Of a stretch of 64,000 nt of DNA, positions 9,369-18,959 are shown in pieces (the stretch's first letter is position 1; the number at the start of each line of letters is the position of its first letter). The position numbers and the translations under genes are program-made. The stretch is from a virus. The notes under the pieces are model-generated. The model made no database searches. It saw only the letters and a list, made by a program, of their open reading frames with translations, and was not told the origin of the DNA. Where the stretch lies: IMG/VR virus record IMGVR_UViG_3300042261_001152, positions 4,618-68,617 of that record; one strand, 5' to 3'.

Positions 9369-9393
9369 TTAATCTCCTTAATTTACAAACAAT

Positions 9394-9421
9394 AGTATAT
9401 AGGAATGACTCTAAGAGTCAA
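9394..9421 (-). promoter_or_regulatory. Early promoter, 16-bp spacer class
   Basis: TTGACT-16-TATACT with TTCCTA extension. Confidence 0.65.
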
Positions 9422-9439
9422 GCCCTAAAAATGCTTAAG

Positions 9440-9478
9440 AATCAATGGGTTAGAAAGTGCTTGAAAATCAAGTAGTTA
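9440..9478 (+). repeat. Tandem IHF-consensus boxes
   Basis: AATCAATGGGTTA (9440-9452) and AATCAAGTAGTTA (9466-9478). Confidence 0.55.
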
Positions 9479-9480
9479 GA

Positions 9481-9702
9481 TTACTTGATTCTATTGATGA
9501 CCTGGCCCATGGTACTGGGGCTGGCAGATCCAGGTGAAATAGCTTCGGTTTTTTCGTCTATGTGTATGATATGTTGTTTGCGGAGTGCATCCAAGGTAAA
9601 CCAGGTGCCGTCACCTACGCCTTTGGCATAGCCTTCGTTGCGTCCTACATAATACATGATGGCTACTAGTATGACCCAAAGGGCCGTCATGATTAAACTC
9701 AT
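9481..9702 (-). CDS. Small membrane-anchored protein
   Basis: N-terminal hydrophobic helix. Confidence 0.55.
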   Translation of the reverse strand: MSLIMTALWVILVAIMYYVGRNEGYAKGVGDGTWFTLDALRKQHIIHIDEKTEAISPGSASPSTMGQVINRIK

Positions 9703-10370
9703 CGATGTTTCTCCTGTACAGTTACATAGGGTAACCAGTTGTTGATCTTTTTAATTAGCCTGTCGTGGACGTCCTTCCATTTGGTGCCACGGAAGGTTCT
9801 TAGATAGTAACGATAGCTGTATAACAATCTATAATGTTTGATGTTTTTGAGAACGTCATAGGGGTCAAGCTTAGGATAGTGATAGCGAATCTCCATGGCA
9901 ATGTCATGACCAAAGCTATCAATTTCATCAAACATGCTTAGATATTCTATCTGTGATTTTTGTGCGCCGGTCTTGCGGTGGTTTATGGGCATGTATAAAT
10001 CGTGGGTGTAATTTTCGGGATTGCGTCGTTGATTCTGAGCCTTGTGTATGAGCTCATGCTGTACAGTCTGACTCAGTATGAACAGGGTGCGTTTTTTGCG
10101 AGCCCGGGCATCAGCCCAATCAAAGTATTTGCTTTCGGTACTGAATTCTAGGACGATTTCTATGGGCTGGTTACGTCTTTGCCAGCAATAAAATCCCTTG
10201 ACCCATTTACGATTGGGTTTGAGTCGGGAGTTTTGTTCATGCAGAACCATGATGCCAAAAGGTTTTAGGACTTCCTGTAGCTGGCGCACAATGGTAGATT
10301 TCAGCATCTTGCCAGTCCACTTGGACTCAAGCTTGAGCAACTGACGATCTATCTTTTTGGCCAGGTACAT
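9699..10370 (-). CDS. Putative zinc metallopeptidase-like protein
   Basis: QHELIH (HExxH) with downstream EIDSFG; GATAAATA at 10387-10394. Confidence 0.55.
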   Translation of the reverse strand: MYLAKKIDRQLLKLESKWTGKMLKSTIVRQLQEVLKPFGIMVLHEQNSRLKPNRKWVKGFYCWQRRNQPIEIVLEFSTESKYFDWADARARKKRTLFILSQTVQHELIHKAQNQRRNPENYTHDLYMPINHRKTGAQKSQIEYLSMFDEIDSFGHDIAMEIRYHYPKLDPYDVLKNIKHYRLLYSYRYYLRTFRGTKWKDVHDRLIKKINNWLPYVTVQEKHR

Positions 10371-10392
10371 GAACCCTCCTTTGTTTTATTTA

Positions 10393-11772
10393 TCAGAATT
10401 TTATGTTGCTATAGTCTCTATTGGTTCTAATACCTGCTCCAAATTTAACATCTAACTCGGGCTCCTGGCCACTCTGAACCAGCCCCTTCTGAGCACTGGC
10501 TTCTACATCATAGAGTTTCATTTTGGCTCGGTCTACACCTATCATGAATTTACGATTTACTGTTGGATCGTTGTAGCGATTCTTCAACTGCTTGACCATG
10601 AGCTGATTAAGCTGTTCCAGCTCCTCGGTGCTGATCAGTGCAAACATAAAGTCTACGGTTGCTGGGAGGCCAAACGATTCACTGGTATCAGTAAGATCAA
10701 CATCGGTATTGCCATAACCACCTCGGGTAGTCTGCGTGGCACTTAGTATGGGAACATTATGCTCAACTGCTAGCCCTCGCATCTCTTCGGCTATGGCTTT
10801 GATATAGGTATAGCTATTTACACCAGCTCCCTGTTTAATTCTGGCACTGGTACAGATATTCAAATAGTCTACAATGATGATGTCTGGATGAAAACTCTGC
10901 TTGAGACTGAGCTCATTTAACAGGGCCTTGAAATGGCCACAATGAGCACCTGCAGTTGGATATTCTTTAATGATTAATCGGCCCTGTGTCTTGTCCTTGA
11001 TTTTGTCAATGCGATTGTCATACATGGTTTTAGGTAAGTCATGCAGCTGATCCATGTCTAGGTTCATTAGGTTGGCATCAATACGTTCAGCAATGCGTTC
11101 CTCGGCCATTTCCATGGTAATGTATAAGACATTGCGATTCTGAGCCAGGGTACTGGCCGCTACATGACACATGAATAAACTTTTACCCACCCCAGTTCCG
11201 GCCAAGACTACATTTAAAGTCTTGTTGGGCATACCACCATTGGTTATTCTGTTGAAATAATCCAGGTCAAAAGGGATTCGTGTTTCCACTCTATGATAAA
11301 AATCAAAACGATTACTAGCATCAAGTATATAATCGTGCCCCACGCTGTTGTCAAATCCAACGGCCAGAGCTTCTTGCAGGATGCTGGGTAAAGCTTCTGT
11401 GGTATGTTTTTTATCGCGTCCATCAATGATTTCAATACTTTTAAGTATGGCATTATACACCGCCTTGTCTTTGCAAAATTTTTCTGTCTCGGCCAATAAC
11501 CAATCAGCATTTACTTCAGTGGGCTGTAGTTCACGAATTAGTTCTGCTGCAGTTTTAAAATCCGTCTCATTGAGATTCTTTTTCTGCAGAGCTATGTCCA
11601 GAGCCTCAGTGGTAGGACAGTTATTATAGCTACCAATAAAATCTGCAATGAGTCTATAGACTATGAGATCGGTCTGATTAAAATATTCGGGTCGTAAAAA
11701 TGGCAGAACCTGACGCATGTAGGTCTCATCATGCACCAGGTTTCTTAGTATGGTCTTTTCAATTCTGTCCAT
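10393..11772 (-). CDS. 41: Replicative DNA helicase gp41 (DnaB-like)
   Basis: LAGTGVGKS Walker A, YITMEMAEE, VDYLN, SATQTTRGG, SESFGLP. Confidence 0.96.
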   Translation of the reverse strand: MDRIEKTILRNLVHDETYMRQVLPFLRPEYFNQTDLIVYRLIADFIGSYNNCPTTEALDIALQKKNLNETDFKTAAELIRELQPTEVNADWLLAETEKFCKDKAVYNAILKSIEIIDGRDKKHTTEALPSILQEALAVGFDNSVGHDYILDASNRFDFYHRVETRIPFDLDYFNRITNGGMPNKTLNVVLAGTGVGKSLFMCHVAASTLAQNRNVLYITMEMAEERIAERIDANLMNLDMDQLHDLPKTMYDNRIDKIKDKTQGRLIIKEYPTAGAHCGHFKALLNELSLKQSFHPDIIIVDYLNICTSARIKQGAGVNSYTYIKAIAEEMRGLAVEHNVPILSATQTTRGGYGNTDVDLTDTSESFGLPATVDFMFALISTEELEQLNQLMVKQLKNRYNDPTVNRKFMIGVDRAKMKLYDVEASAQKGLVQSGQEPELDVKFGAGIRTNRDYSNIKF

Positions 11773-12049
11773 GTGTATTTTCTTTGATTAGTATGTCATC
11801 CAGGATGCTTATAATTATAGGCTTTACTGTGTCGTCTGTCAATAGCTCAGGATTACGAACTAGTTCATAACCAAACTTGATGTTCAGGTGTCCGGCTACT
11901 TCTTCAAACCGTACACGCCCGTATCTGAACACTATGCCCTGGGCCTGACCCGAGGTAATGTGTATGTGTGTGGTGTCGTTGATAGGGTCGTCTATGAACT
12001 CATAGGTCGGTATCTGCGGCTTCGTCGTAGGCAGCAGAGATGTCTTCAT
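11759..12049 (-). CDS. Conserved hypothetical protein at the gp40 position
   Basis: Between uvsX and 41, as gp40 is in T4; start uncertain. Confidence 0.45.
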   Translation of the reverse strand: MKTSLLPTTKPQIPTYEFIDDPINDTTHIHITSGQAQGIVFRYGRVRFEEVAGHLNIKFGYELVRNPELLTDDTVKPIIISILDDILIKENTHGQN

Positions 12050-13064
12050 CGCCCAGATCCTGCCCCAGATTTGTTGAGCTGACTTTGTAATTGTCTTCAA
12101 CATAGTCTCTAAACTCCTGCTTGGTTAATATAGGCATCCAGAATTCTTTACTATAGGTTTCTTTGATGCGATATTTCTTTTCTTCGCCCTTGTGACTGTA
12201 CCAACCATTGCTAGGTTTGATTACAAAACCACCTTCTAGAGCTACATCCAATAATCCACTCCATTTGCTGATACCACCTTCATAGGTCACTTCAACTGGA
12301 ATCTTGCTCTTCTCTCGGACATATCTGGACTTCTCAACGTTGATGATAAAGTTATATCCAATGACATCTGTTCCGTCTTTTTCCTGCTGACGACCAATGA
12401 TAAAGATATTATCCGCACTGTAATAGATACCTGTTCCACCTGACAGTACGTCTTTGGGGAACATGCCAATCTCTTTGTAGGTATGGTTGACAACTACCAT
12501 GGGAATGTCTTTGATGGTTAAGTGTGGTGTAACCATTCTAAACAATGACTTGAGCTGTTTGGCTCGGCTCATGTCTGCTACACTTTTACCTTCCATGGCA
12601 TCTTCTACTTCTTTCTTTGAAGCCAGATTACCTACTGAGTCAATGATGATCATGACTCTATCACCACGCTCAATGTTGCTTAACTGAGCCATGCTGTCAT
12701 GCTTTAATTGCTCAATATCAGTTATGGGAGTATGCAGTACACGCTTGGTGTCTATGCCAAAGCTTTCAAAATAGCTTTGCGGACTGCCGAACTCTGAGTC
12801 ATAGAATAGTACAACACCGTCAGCATACTTGTCCAGATAACTCTTGGCCAACATGAGTGCAAAGGCTGTTTTAAAATGCTTTGACGGACCAGCAAATACA
12901 GTTAATCCAGGTGTCAATCCACCATCTAACTTACCTGACAGGGCTACATTGATCATGGGAACCGGACTCTGAATCATGTCCTTGGCTCCGAAGAATTTAC
13001 TATCCTTAAGGACATCAGTATCCTTGATGGTAGTATTCTTCTGCAGTTTATCTAGTAATCCCAT
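12000..13064 (-). CDS. uvsX: UvsX RecA-like recombinase
   Basis: AGPSKHFKT, YDSEFG, DSVGNLASKKE, VNHTY. Confidence 0.95.
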   Translation of the reverse strand: MGLLDKLQKNTTIKDTDVLKDSKFFGAKDMIQSPVPMINVALSGKLDGGLTPGLTVFAGPSKHFKTAFALMLAKSYLDKYADGVVLFYDSEFGSPQSYFESFGIDTKRVLHTPITDIEQLKHDSMAQLSNIERGDRVMIIIDSVGNLASKKEVEDAMEGKSVADMSRAKQLKSLFRMVTPHLTIKDIPMVVVNHTYKEIGMFPKDVLSGGTGIYYSADNIFIIGRQQEKDGTDVIGYNFIINVEKSRYVREKSKIPVEVTYEGGISKWSGLLDVALEGGFVIKPSNGWYSHKGEEKKYRIKETYSKEFWMPILTKQEFRDYVEDNYKVSSTNLGQDLGDEDISAAYDEAADTDL

Positions 13065-13207
13065 TATACTAGCTCCTCGGCAATGCCTAAAAATTCTGCT
13101 GTAATTAATAGCAGAGCTGCTGCATGAAAGTTCAGATCAAATAATGCAATACCTGCACCAATACGAACTATGCTCTTGATTAGACTAACATTTAAATGAT
13201 TAAACAT
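13064..13207 (-). CDS. Small hydrophobic membrane protein
   Basis: SLIKSIVRIGAG...AEFLGIAEELV. Confidence 0.55.
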   Translation of the reverse strand: MFNHLNVSLIKSIVRIGAGIALFDLNFHAAALLLITAEFLGIAEELV

Positions 13208-13436
13208 CTTGTTTTTCTCCTTTAACATATGGAACACCTTTTTCAATTTCTGAACCAGGCGCCTTGGTATATTTCATTTCATGATGATAGCTATGACCGC
13301 TTCGCAATCTAAGCTTTAAAATTTTATTGGCTGCGTTTCTGCGCGCTCGATAATCTTCATAGGATTCACCAGCAGCTCTGGCCGGATTTAATCCTTCCTG
13401 TAATTCTGTCATTTTATCAACTGCTTCTTCTGCCAT
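13200..13436 (-). CDS. Hypothetical protein
   Basis: RBS AAGGAG; ESYEDYRARR motif. Confidence 0.55.
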   Translation of the reverse strand: MAEEAVDKMTELQEGLNPARAAGESYEDYRARRNAANKILKLRLRSGHSYHHEMKYTKAPGSEIEKGVPYVKGEKQDV

Positions 13437-13446
13437 GTCTTTCTCC

Positions 13447-15957
13447 TTAACTAAATAATCCTGCCAGTGTGGCCTGCGGACTGGTACTCCAGCCCAGACC
13501 TTCTATGATGCCATTCAGAGGTTCAATAAATGCCTTATCCCACATTGTATCATAATCTACATAGTTTGTCAATTGAAATTCTGCAGGAAGTTTACCTATG
13601 AAGGCCACGCAATTTTCTTTGAATGGATTGGGTGTCTTTAAATATAAAAATTTAATCTTATCACCTTCGCCTATGAGTTCATACTTGTTGGTTAATTTTA
13701 ATTTCTGCAAATGATGATTATACAGTAAACTTCCTCGCACATGCATGGGGCAACCTGAGGCATAGATGTTGCTGCTGCTCTGATATTTCTTCATGCCATT
13801 GACTCCGCGTGGGAATGCTATGTCTTCGGGACTAAACTGATCGAATTGTTCTCGGGCTGTATTAATGAATTTTTGCAAAGCAGCTTCATCTGCAGTAATG
13901 GCTACACGAACGGCCTCTTTGAGAGTATTGCGAATAACCTCAGGTGTACTGGATCGAACAATCTCCAGACCCATGACCTTTAATTTAGGCTCAGCATAGC
14001 GAACCTCTTCGTTGTCATAGACATTAAGAGCATATCGCTTCTTGGCTACCCAGATACCACTATCGGCTATGGCCTCTCGCTTAAAGAATACCTTGGGCTC
14101 AAAGGCATTGGTATAGTCTGCTAGATTCATGCAGGCCTGGTTGATTACATCTGTGAGCTTTTCCTTGCAGATTTTATCCAAGATGTCTACAATCTCTGAT
14201 TTGCTCTTATTAGCATAGAACTTCTTGACCAGAGGATCCAAAGTAATATAACAGCTATCAGTATCTGAATAGAAGCTATACACAAAATCTTTAGTACCCA
14301 CTACTCGATTCAAATATTCATTGATAGCTCGGCCAACCTGCTGAATGATCAACTGACCAGTTATGGTTATGCCCTCGGCAATGCGGTCGTCAAAGTATCT
14401 GAAGTAATAGTTGGCCCAGGCTCCAAATAAGCTATTAAGCTGAATTTTTCGAGCCATCTGGAAGTTATAATATCTGCTGATGTCATTTAACAAGCTGGCC
14501 TTATGAGTCTGCTCATATTCCTGCTTGGCAGCTTTTTCTTTATTCTTATACAGGACTCGGTCATTGAATAACTTCTGAACAATCTCTGGGAATAAGCCTT
14601 TCTTATTGCGATTAAAATAATAACCATTGGCTGTCATACAATGATTATCTGTTTTAAGTTCTGACAAATTTTCCTTCTTATCTAATAGAGCACTTACTGT
14701 GGTTGTTAGATGTGTATCTAGTTCAGGTTCAACCAGAGTCTCTGGACTCATGTTATACTGCATGATAATACTTGGATATAGACTTGTAGCATCTAGACTT
14801 ACAACCCAATCATATTTGCCTGGAACAGGATCCTGTACAAAGGCACCTTCGATGCTTCGATCTGGGCGTGTACTATTGCGTGGATGAACCACGATGTTCT
14901 GATCCCAAAGATGATTATACAGCACACAATCCCAGGTGCGAACTGCACTATATACATCGCCAAATAAGCATTTAGCGTCAAAGGCCATGGTGACTGCCAG
15001 CTCTATGAGCTTCATTTTATCTTCTAGCTGAAGCACTCGCTCCGTATCGACAATGTTATATTGTGTAAATCGATTCCAATCATTGGTATAGAACTCTTTG
15101 AAGGTATCAAAAGGATTTTCTAGTTTACCAACTCCTAGCTCAACCTTACAGATATAATCTAGTTTATAGCTCTCCTGAGCGCCATAGGTAAACTTCTTGT
15201 ATAGATCTAAATAGTCTAAATGAGCTACACCAACAATGTCAAAAGTTGTCAGAGTCTTTTCACCATAGGTGATGTCTCGACGTTTAATCTGTCTCCAGGG
15301 GCTAAGCAGTTTGGATGAATCAGGACCTAGTACGCGCTCGGTCCTGTTGATGATATAAGGTAAGTCAAACAGGTTACTGTTCCAGCCAGTTACTACATCT
15401 GGACAATTCTGATTCCAGTAATTTAAGAATTCTTTAAGTAATGTGCTCTCACTGGCGCAGTGATGATATATGGTTTTATCCTCACCTTCAACTGCATGAT
15501 AAGGTTTACGTCCCCAGGTATGCATGGTTCTGGTTGCCAGGTCCTGTATGGTAATAAGCAGAATTTCTTCTTGAGGATCGTCTACATTGGGGAAGCCCTG
15601 CTCACTAGTAGTCTCTATGTCTATGCCCCAGATGGCAATCTGAGCCATGTCAAATTCAATCTGACCAGAATAGTTTTCAGTTATGTACTGATAGGTCCAG
15701 TTGGTATTGCCATGGATCTTCATGTTGCTGACACCCTCGTAGTTCTTTATGAACTCTCGGGCATCATTTAGATCACCAAATTCCATGACATCCAAGGGCT
15801 CGCCATACATGTTATGATACGTGGCTTCGCCTGGCTTCTTTTTAGGTACAAATAGCTTGGGTTTGAAGTTTTCTTTGGTTTGGAATCGCTGACCGTTATG
15901 AACGCCTCGAACTAAGGCATTATTTCCATAGATTGTTATGTTTGTATAGAATTTCAT
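13447..15957 (-). CDS. 43: DNA polymerase gp43 (family B)
   Basis: DIET exonuclease motif, SLDATSLYPSII, KIQLNSLFG, YSDTDS, KKRY. Confidence 0.97.
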   Translation of the reverse strand: MKFYTNITIYGNNALVRGVHNGQRFQTKENFKPKLFVPKKKPGEATYHNMYGEPLDVMEFGDLNDAREFIKNYEGVSNMKIHGNTNWTYQYITENYSGQIEFDMAQIAIWGIDIETTSEQGFPNVDDPQEEILLITIQDLATRTMHTWGRKPYHAVEGEDKTIYHHCASESTLLKEFLNYWNQNCPDVVTGWNSNLFDLPYIINRTERVLGPDSSKLLSPWRQIKRRDITYGEKTLTTFDIVGVAHLDYLDLYKKFTYGAQESYKLDYICKVELGVGKLENPFDTFKEFYTNDWNRFTQYNIVDTERVLQLEDKMKLIELAVTMAFDAKCLFGDVYSAVRTWDCVLYNHLWDQNIVVHPRNSTRPDRSIEGAFVQDPVPGKYDWVVSLDATSLYPSIIMQYNMSPETLVEPELDTHLTTTVSALLDKKENLSELKTDNHCMTANGYYFNRNKKGLFPEIVQKLFNDRVLYKNKEKAAKQEYEQTHKASLLNDISRYYNFQMARKIQLNSLFGAWANYYFRYFDDRIAEGITITGQLIIQQVGRAINEYLNRVVGTKDFVYSFYSDTDSCYITLDPLVKKFYANKSKSEIVDILDKICKEKLTDVINQACMNLADYTNAFEPKVFFKREAIADSGIWVAKKRYALNVYDNEEVRYAEPKLKVMGLEIVRSSTPEVIRNTLKEAVRVAITADEAALQKFINTAREQFDQFSPEDIAFPRGVNGMKKYQSSSNIYASGCPMHVRGSLLYNHHLQKLKLTNKYELIGEGDKIKFLYLKTPNPFKENCVAFIGKLPAEFQLTNYVDYDTMWDKAFIEPLNGIIEGLGWSTSPQATLAGLFS

Positions 15958-15968
15958 ATCTTAGTTAT

Positions 15969-15976
15969 TATAAATA
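15969..15976 (+). promoter_or_regulatory. T4-type late promoter driving the plus-strand csg operon
   Basis: Exact TATAAATA 30 nt upstream of ATG 16006. Confidence 0.75.
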
Positions 15977-16005
15977 CTATGGTACATTCTGTCAATAGGT
16001 CTATC

Positions 16006-16284
16006 ATGGATATTTTTAAACTCATAGCCGAAGTAGGATTTCCCATAGCAGCTGCCTGTGCTGGTGGGTATTTTGTGTTTCTTACACTTAAATTTATCTT
16101 AGCTGGCGTCATGGGTTCTATCAAAGGTCTTACAGGTATTATAACGGCCCTGGACAACAGAGTCAAGACCATGAACCATGACATTATCAGAATCGATACT
16201 TTAGTTAGTAATGCTCTAGGCGTCAAACCCGATGTGGATCGTATCGCACGTGCGGATGGTAAAAATGACGCTCGCAAAGATTAA
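16006..16284 (+). CDS. Small single-TM coiled-coil protein (YvrJ/holin-like), paralog A
   Basis: LIAEVGFPIAAA..GGYFVF TM then ALDNRVKTMNHDIIR; similar to 17470-17745. Confidence 0.6.
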   Translation: MDIFKLIAEVGFPIAAACAGGYFVFLTLKFILAGVMGSIKGLTGIITALDNRVKTMNHDIIRIDTLVSNALGVKPDVDRIARADGKNDARKD

Positions 16285-16573
16285 CTTTATTATATTAGGT
16301 TTCATAAGCTGTGTCAATCTTTTTGCCGCAGAAAACGTTAAAAAACTACACTATAATTTTAATCCAAACGTAACCATTTGGATAACCAATCAACCCTGTA
16401 CAGATGTTAAATTTCGTCGTACATATCCTTGGGCCGCTGAAGCGGTTCGAAGTGATGGTGAAGTTTTACAGGGCTGTTTCAATGGTGAACAAAATACAGT
16501 AACCATACAATGGTTGGGTGGTGATACCAGTAAATTTCCCGCTGATTATTTTTTAGGGAACAAGGATAATTAA
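16265..16573 (+). CDS. Small exported protein
   Basis: Signal-peptide-like N-terminus; two Cys in the mature part. Confidence 0.55.
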   Translation: MTLAKINFIILGFISCVNLFAAENVKKLHYNFNPNVTIWITNQPCTDVKFRRTYPWAAEAVRSDGEVLQGCFNGEQNTVTIQWLGGDTSKFPADYFLGNKDN

Positions 16574-17356
16574 ATGACTCCTATCAAACAGACAAAATTT
16601 ACCGAACAGGCCTATCTGTTCGCTCGCCTGGCTAAACTGGCATATTCCAACCCAGACCAGGCCGAAGAGCCATTTGCTCAGCTGGGCTTTAATGCTCACT
16701 TTTTTGATGTCAATGGCAGTCAGGCCTATTTGCTGACCAATGCTCATGATCTCATAGTTGTATGTCGTGGCACACAGCCCACGGAATTCAAGGACATAGC
16801 AGCCGATCTGGATGCCATCATGGTGCCTAGCTCAACTGGCATAGGTCATGTACATAGAGGATTTAAAACATCAGTGGATAACATCTGGCCTGGCCTGGTG
16901 GACAAACTTAGGGAATACGGTAAGACTCGCACCGTCTGGTGTACAGGTCATAGTCTGGGAGCAGCCATGGCAACATTATTGGCTTATAGACTGCAAAGAT
17001 CCGAGGATTGTCCTAACCCACAGGCTTTGTTTACCTTTGGTAGTCCACGCGTAGGTAATAAAAAATACGTGACTCAGATTGAAAGCATTGGACTATTGCA
17101 TTTTAGATTTGTCAACAACGCTGACATAGTTGCCCGTGTACCTGTATGGCCCTATCGTCATTTTGGTGGCATGTACTACATGAACCACTTTGGTAATCTC
17201 AGAGCACCAACTGCCTGGCAGGTAACCAAGGACGTCTGGAGAGGTTTCCTGGTAGGACTAAAACGCAGGGAAATTAACTTCTTTAGCAATCATAGCATTG
17301 ATCGCTATGAAAACAACCTATTAAAATGGAATCTGGGCGTAGAAAATCCCCAGTAA
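16574..17356 (+). CDS. Class 3 lipase (alpha/beta hydrolase)
   Basis: RGT oxyanion motif, VHRGF, TGHSLGAAMA, FGSPRVG, NNADIV, NHS. Confidence 0.9.
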   Translation: MTPIKQTKFTEQAYLFARLAKLAYSNPDQAEEPFAQLGFNAHFFDVNGSQAYLLTNAHDLIVVCRGTQPTEFKDIAADLDAIMVPSSTGIGHVHRGFKTSVDNIWPGLVDKLREYGKTRTVWCTGHSLGAAMATLLAYRLQRSEDCPNPQALFTFGSPRVGNKKYVTQIESIGLLHFRFVNNADIVARVPVWPYRHFGGMYYMNHFGNLRAPTAWQVTKDVWRGFLVGLKRREINFFSNHSIDRYENNLLKWNLGVENPQ

Positions 17357-17357
17357 T

Positions 17358-17492
17358 ATGTCATTTAAAGAATACTTTTTAGCCGTTGTGGGCACCATAC
17401 TCATAGCTCTTTATTGCAGCTGGGTTGATGAACATGACGTAACTTTAACAACACCCGAGATCGCAGTTCATGGACATAGTAGCACTAATTAA
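17358..17492 (+). CDS. Small membrane peptide (44 aa, not in ORF track)
   Basis: MSFKEYFLAVVGTILIALYC; fills the operon gap. Confidence 0.45.
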   Translation: MSFKEYFLAVVGTILIALYCSWVDEHDVTLTTPEIAVHGHSSTN

Positions 17493-17745
17493 CAAGTATG
17501 GATTTCCCATAGTAGCCGCAGTTGGTGGTGGCTACATGGTTTATTATGTCTGGGTTTGGGCCACCAAAGAAGTAAAGCCAGTTCTTAGTGAAGCAAATAC
17601 AGTATTAATTGCTTTGATTGATCGTGTTAGAATGTTAGACAATGATTTAATTCGTTTAAACCAAAAGATTAACATAGTAACCATGCTCAAGGATCTGGAA
17701 AATGAAAAAGTTCGTAAACCTACTAATCGCCCTGACCGGGATTAG
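17470..17745 (+). CDS. Small single-TM coiled-coil protein (YvrJ/holin-like), paralog B
   Basis: LINKYGFPIVAA.GGGYMVY, ALIDRVRMLDNDLIR. Confidence 0.6.
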   Translation: MDIVALINKYGFPIVAAVGGGYMVYYVWVWATKEVKPVLSEANTVLIALIDRVRMLDNDLIRLNQKINIVTMLKDLENEKVRKPTNRPDRD

Positions 17746-18148
17746 TACGGCTCTAGCAGCACCGCTTCCTGATTATACATTTAAGAGTCCTGCCTTCAAT
17801 GGCAATGGATATAGTAGTCACGTACTGACCATTGAAAACCAGGAACATGCTCGCAAAGAAAGCATCAAAAAAGAAATACAGGCCGCACTGGACAAAGCCA
17901 AAAATGATGCCAACAACACCAACATAGCCAAATTTCTAAACAATCTAGAGAGTCGTATCTATGCTCAGATATCACAGAATGTAGCCACGGCCATGTTTGC
18001 CGAGGGCGGTAGTAATTCTGGTACATTGAACTTCGAAGGCAACATCATATACTGGACCAAGAGTTCAACAGAGATTACACTTAATGTAACCGATTACCTG
18101 GGCAGTACAACCTCTATTAACATACCACTGGGAAGTTTTCAATTCTAA
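17702..18148 (+). CDS. csgF: Curli assembly protein CsgF-like
   Basis: Signal peptide; YTFKSPAFNG.G, FLNNLESRIYAQIS, C-terminal TTSINIP; adjacent to csgG. Confidence 0.8.
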   Translation: MKKFVNLLIALTGISTALAAPLPDYTFKSPAFNGNGYSSHVLTIENQEHARKESIKKEIQAALDKAKNDANNTNIAKFLNNLESRIYAQISQNVATAMFAEGGSNSGTLNFEGNIIYWTKSSTEITLNVTDYLGSTTSINIPLGSFQF

Positions 18149-18149
18149 A

Positions 18150-18950
18150 ATGCGTACACTAATTTTATTGGTTATGCTACTGGGGTTAACTGGCTGTGCA
18201 ACTACTCGCATGGTCACAGGACCTGATAAACCTCAAGAAGTAAAAAGTATCCTTCAGAAAGAATTTGATACTTTACCACCACCAACCGGTAAGCCTATAA
18301 CAGTGGCTGTTTATACTTTTGCAGACAAAACCGGTCAGCGACGACCAGCTGCTAACTATGCTAATCTTAGTTCAGCAGTCACACAGGGTGCGGATGCATT
18401 TTTAATCAAGGCCCTGCAAGATGTAGGTAAGGGTCGCTGGTTTGAAGTAGTTGAACGCGTAGGCATAGATAGCCTGACCAAAGAGCGTCAATTAATACGT
18501 CAGATGCGCGAAGCCTATGAAGGCGACAAAGCTAAACAGCTCGGTCCTATGGCATTTGCAGGCATTATACTTGAAGGTGGTATCACAGGTTATGATAGCA
18601 GTATCAAGAGTGGTGGCAGTGCTTATAGAATGTTGGGCATAGGACCACAGACTCAGTACAGCGAAGACATAGTCACTGTAAGTTTACGAGCAGTAAGTGT
18701 TAATTCTGGCAAGGTGCTGGCTGCAGTAAACATACAGAAAACCATTTATAGCGCCAGTGATTCATTGGCCATATTAAAGTTTGTGAAAGATGGAACTCAG
18801 GCATTTGAGCTGGAGTCTGGACTAACCATCAATGAGCCAGGCACATTGGCAGTTAAAGCTGCCGTTGAGTCAGCAGTCGTGGAATTAATCAAAGAGGGTA
18901 GCAAGAAAGGTATCTGGGAATTCGCCTATGAACCCTTGCAACCACAATAA
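18150..18950 (+). CDS. csgG: Curli secretion channel lipoprotein CsgG-like
   Basis: Lipobox LTGC; VAVY.F.DKTGQ, SSAVTQGA, WFEVVER.G..L.KERQLIR, EGGI.GYD. Confidence 0.92.
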   Translation: MRTLILLVMLLGLTGCATTRMVTGPDKPQEVKSILQKEFDTLPPPTGKPITVAVYTFADKTGQRRPAANYANLSSAVTQGADAFLIKALQDVGKGRWFEVVERVGIDSLTKERQLIRQMREAYEGDKAKQLGPMAFAGIILEGGITGYDSSIKSGGSAYRMLGIGPQTQYSEDIVTVSLRAVSVNSGKVLAAVNIQKTIYSASDSLAILKFVKDGTQAFELESGLTINEPGTLAVKAAVESAVVELIKEGSKKGIWEFAYEPLQPQ

Positions 18951-18959
18951 GGAGTAAAA

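Noticed and set aside
9040-9480. Short repeats as a mini-CRISPR array
   Set aside because: Only two degenerate, nearly abutting copies per locus with no spacer-length unique sequence; better explained as protein-binding boxes
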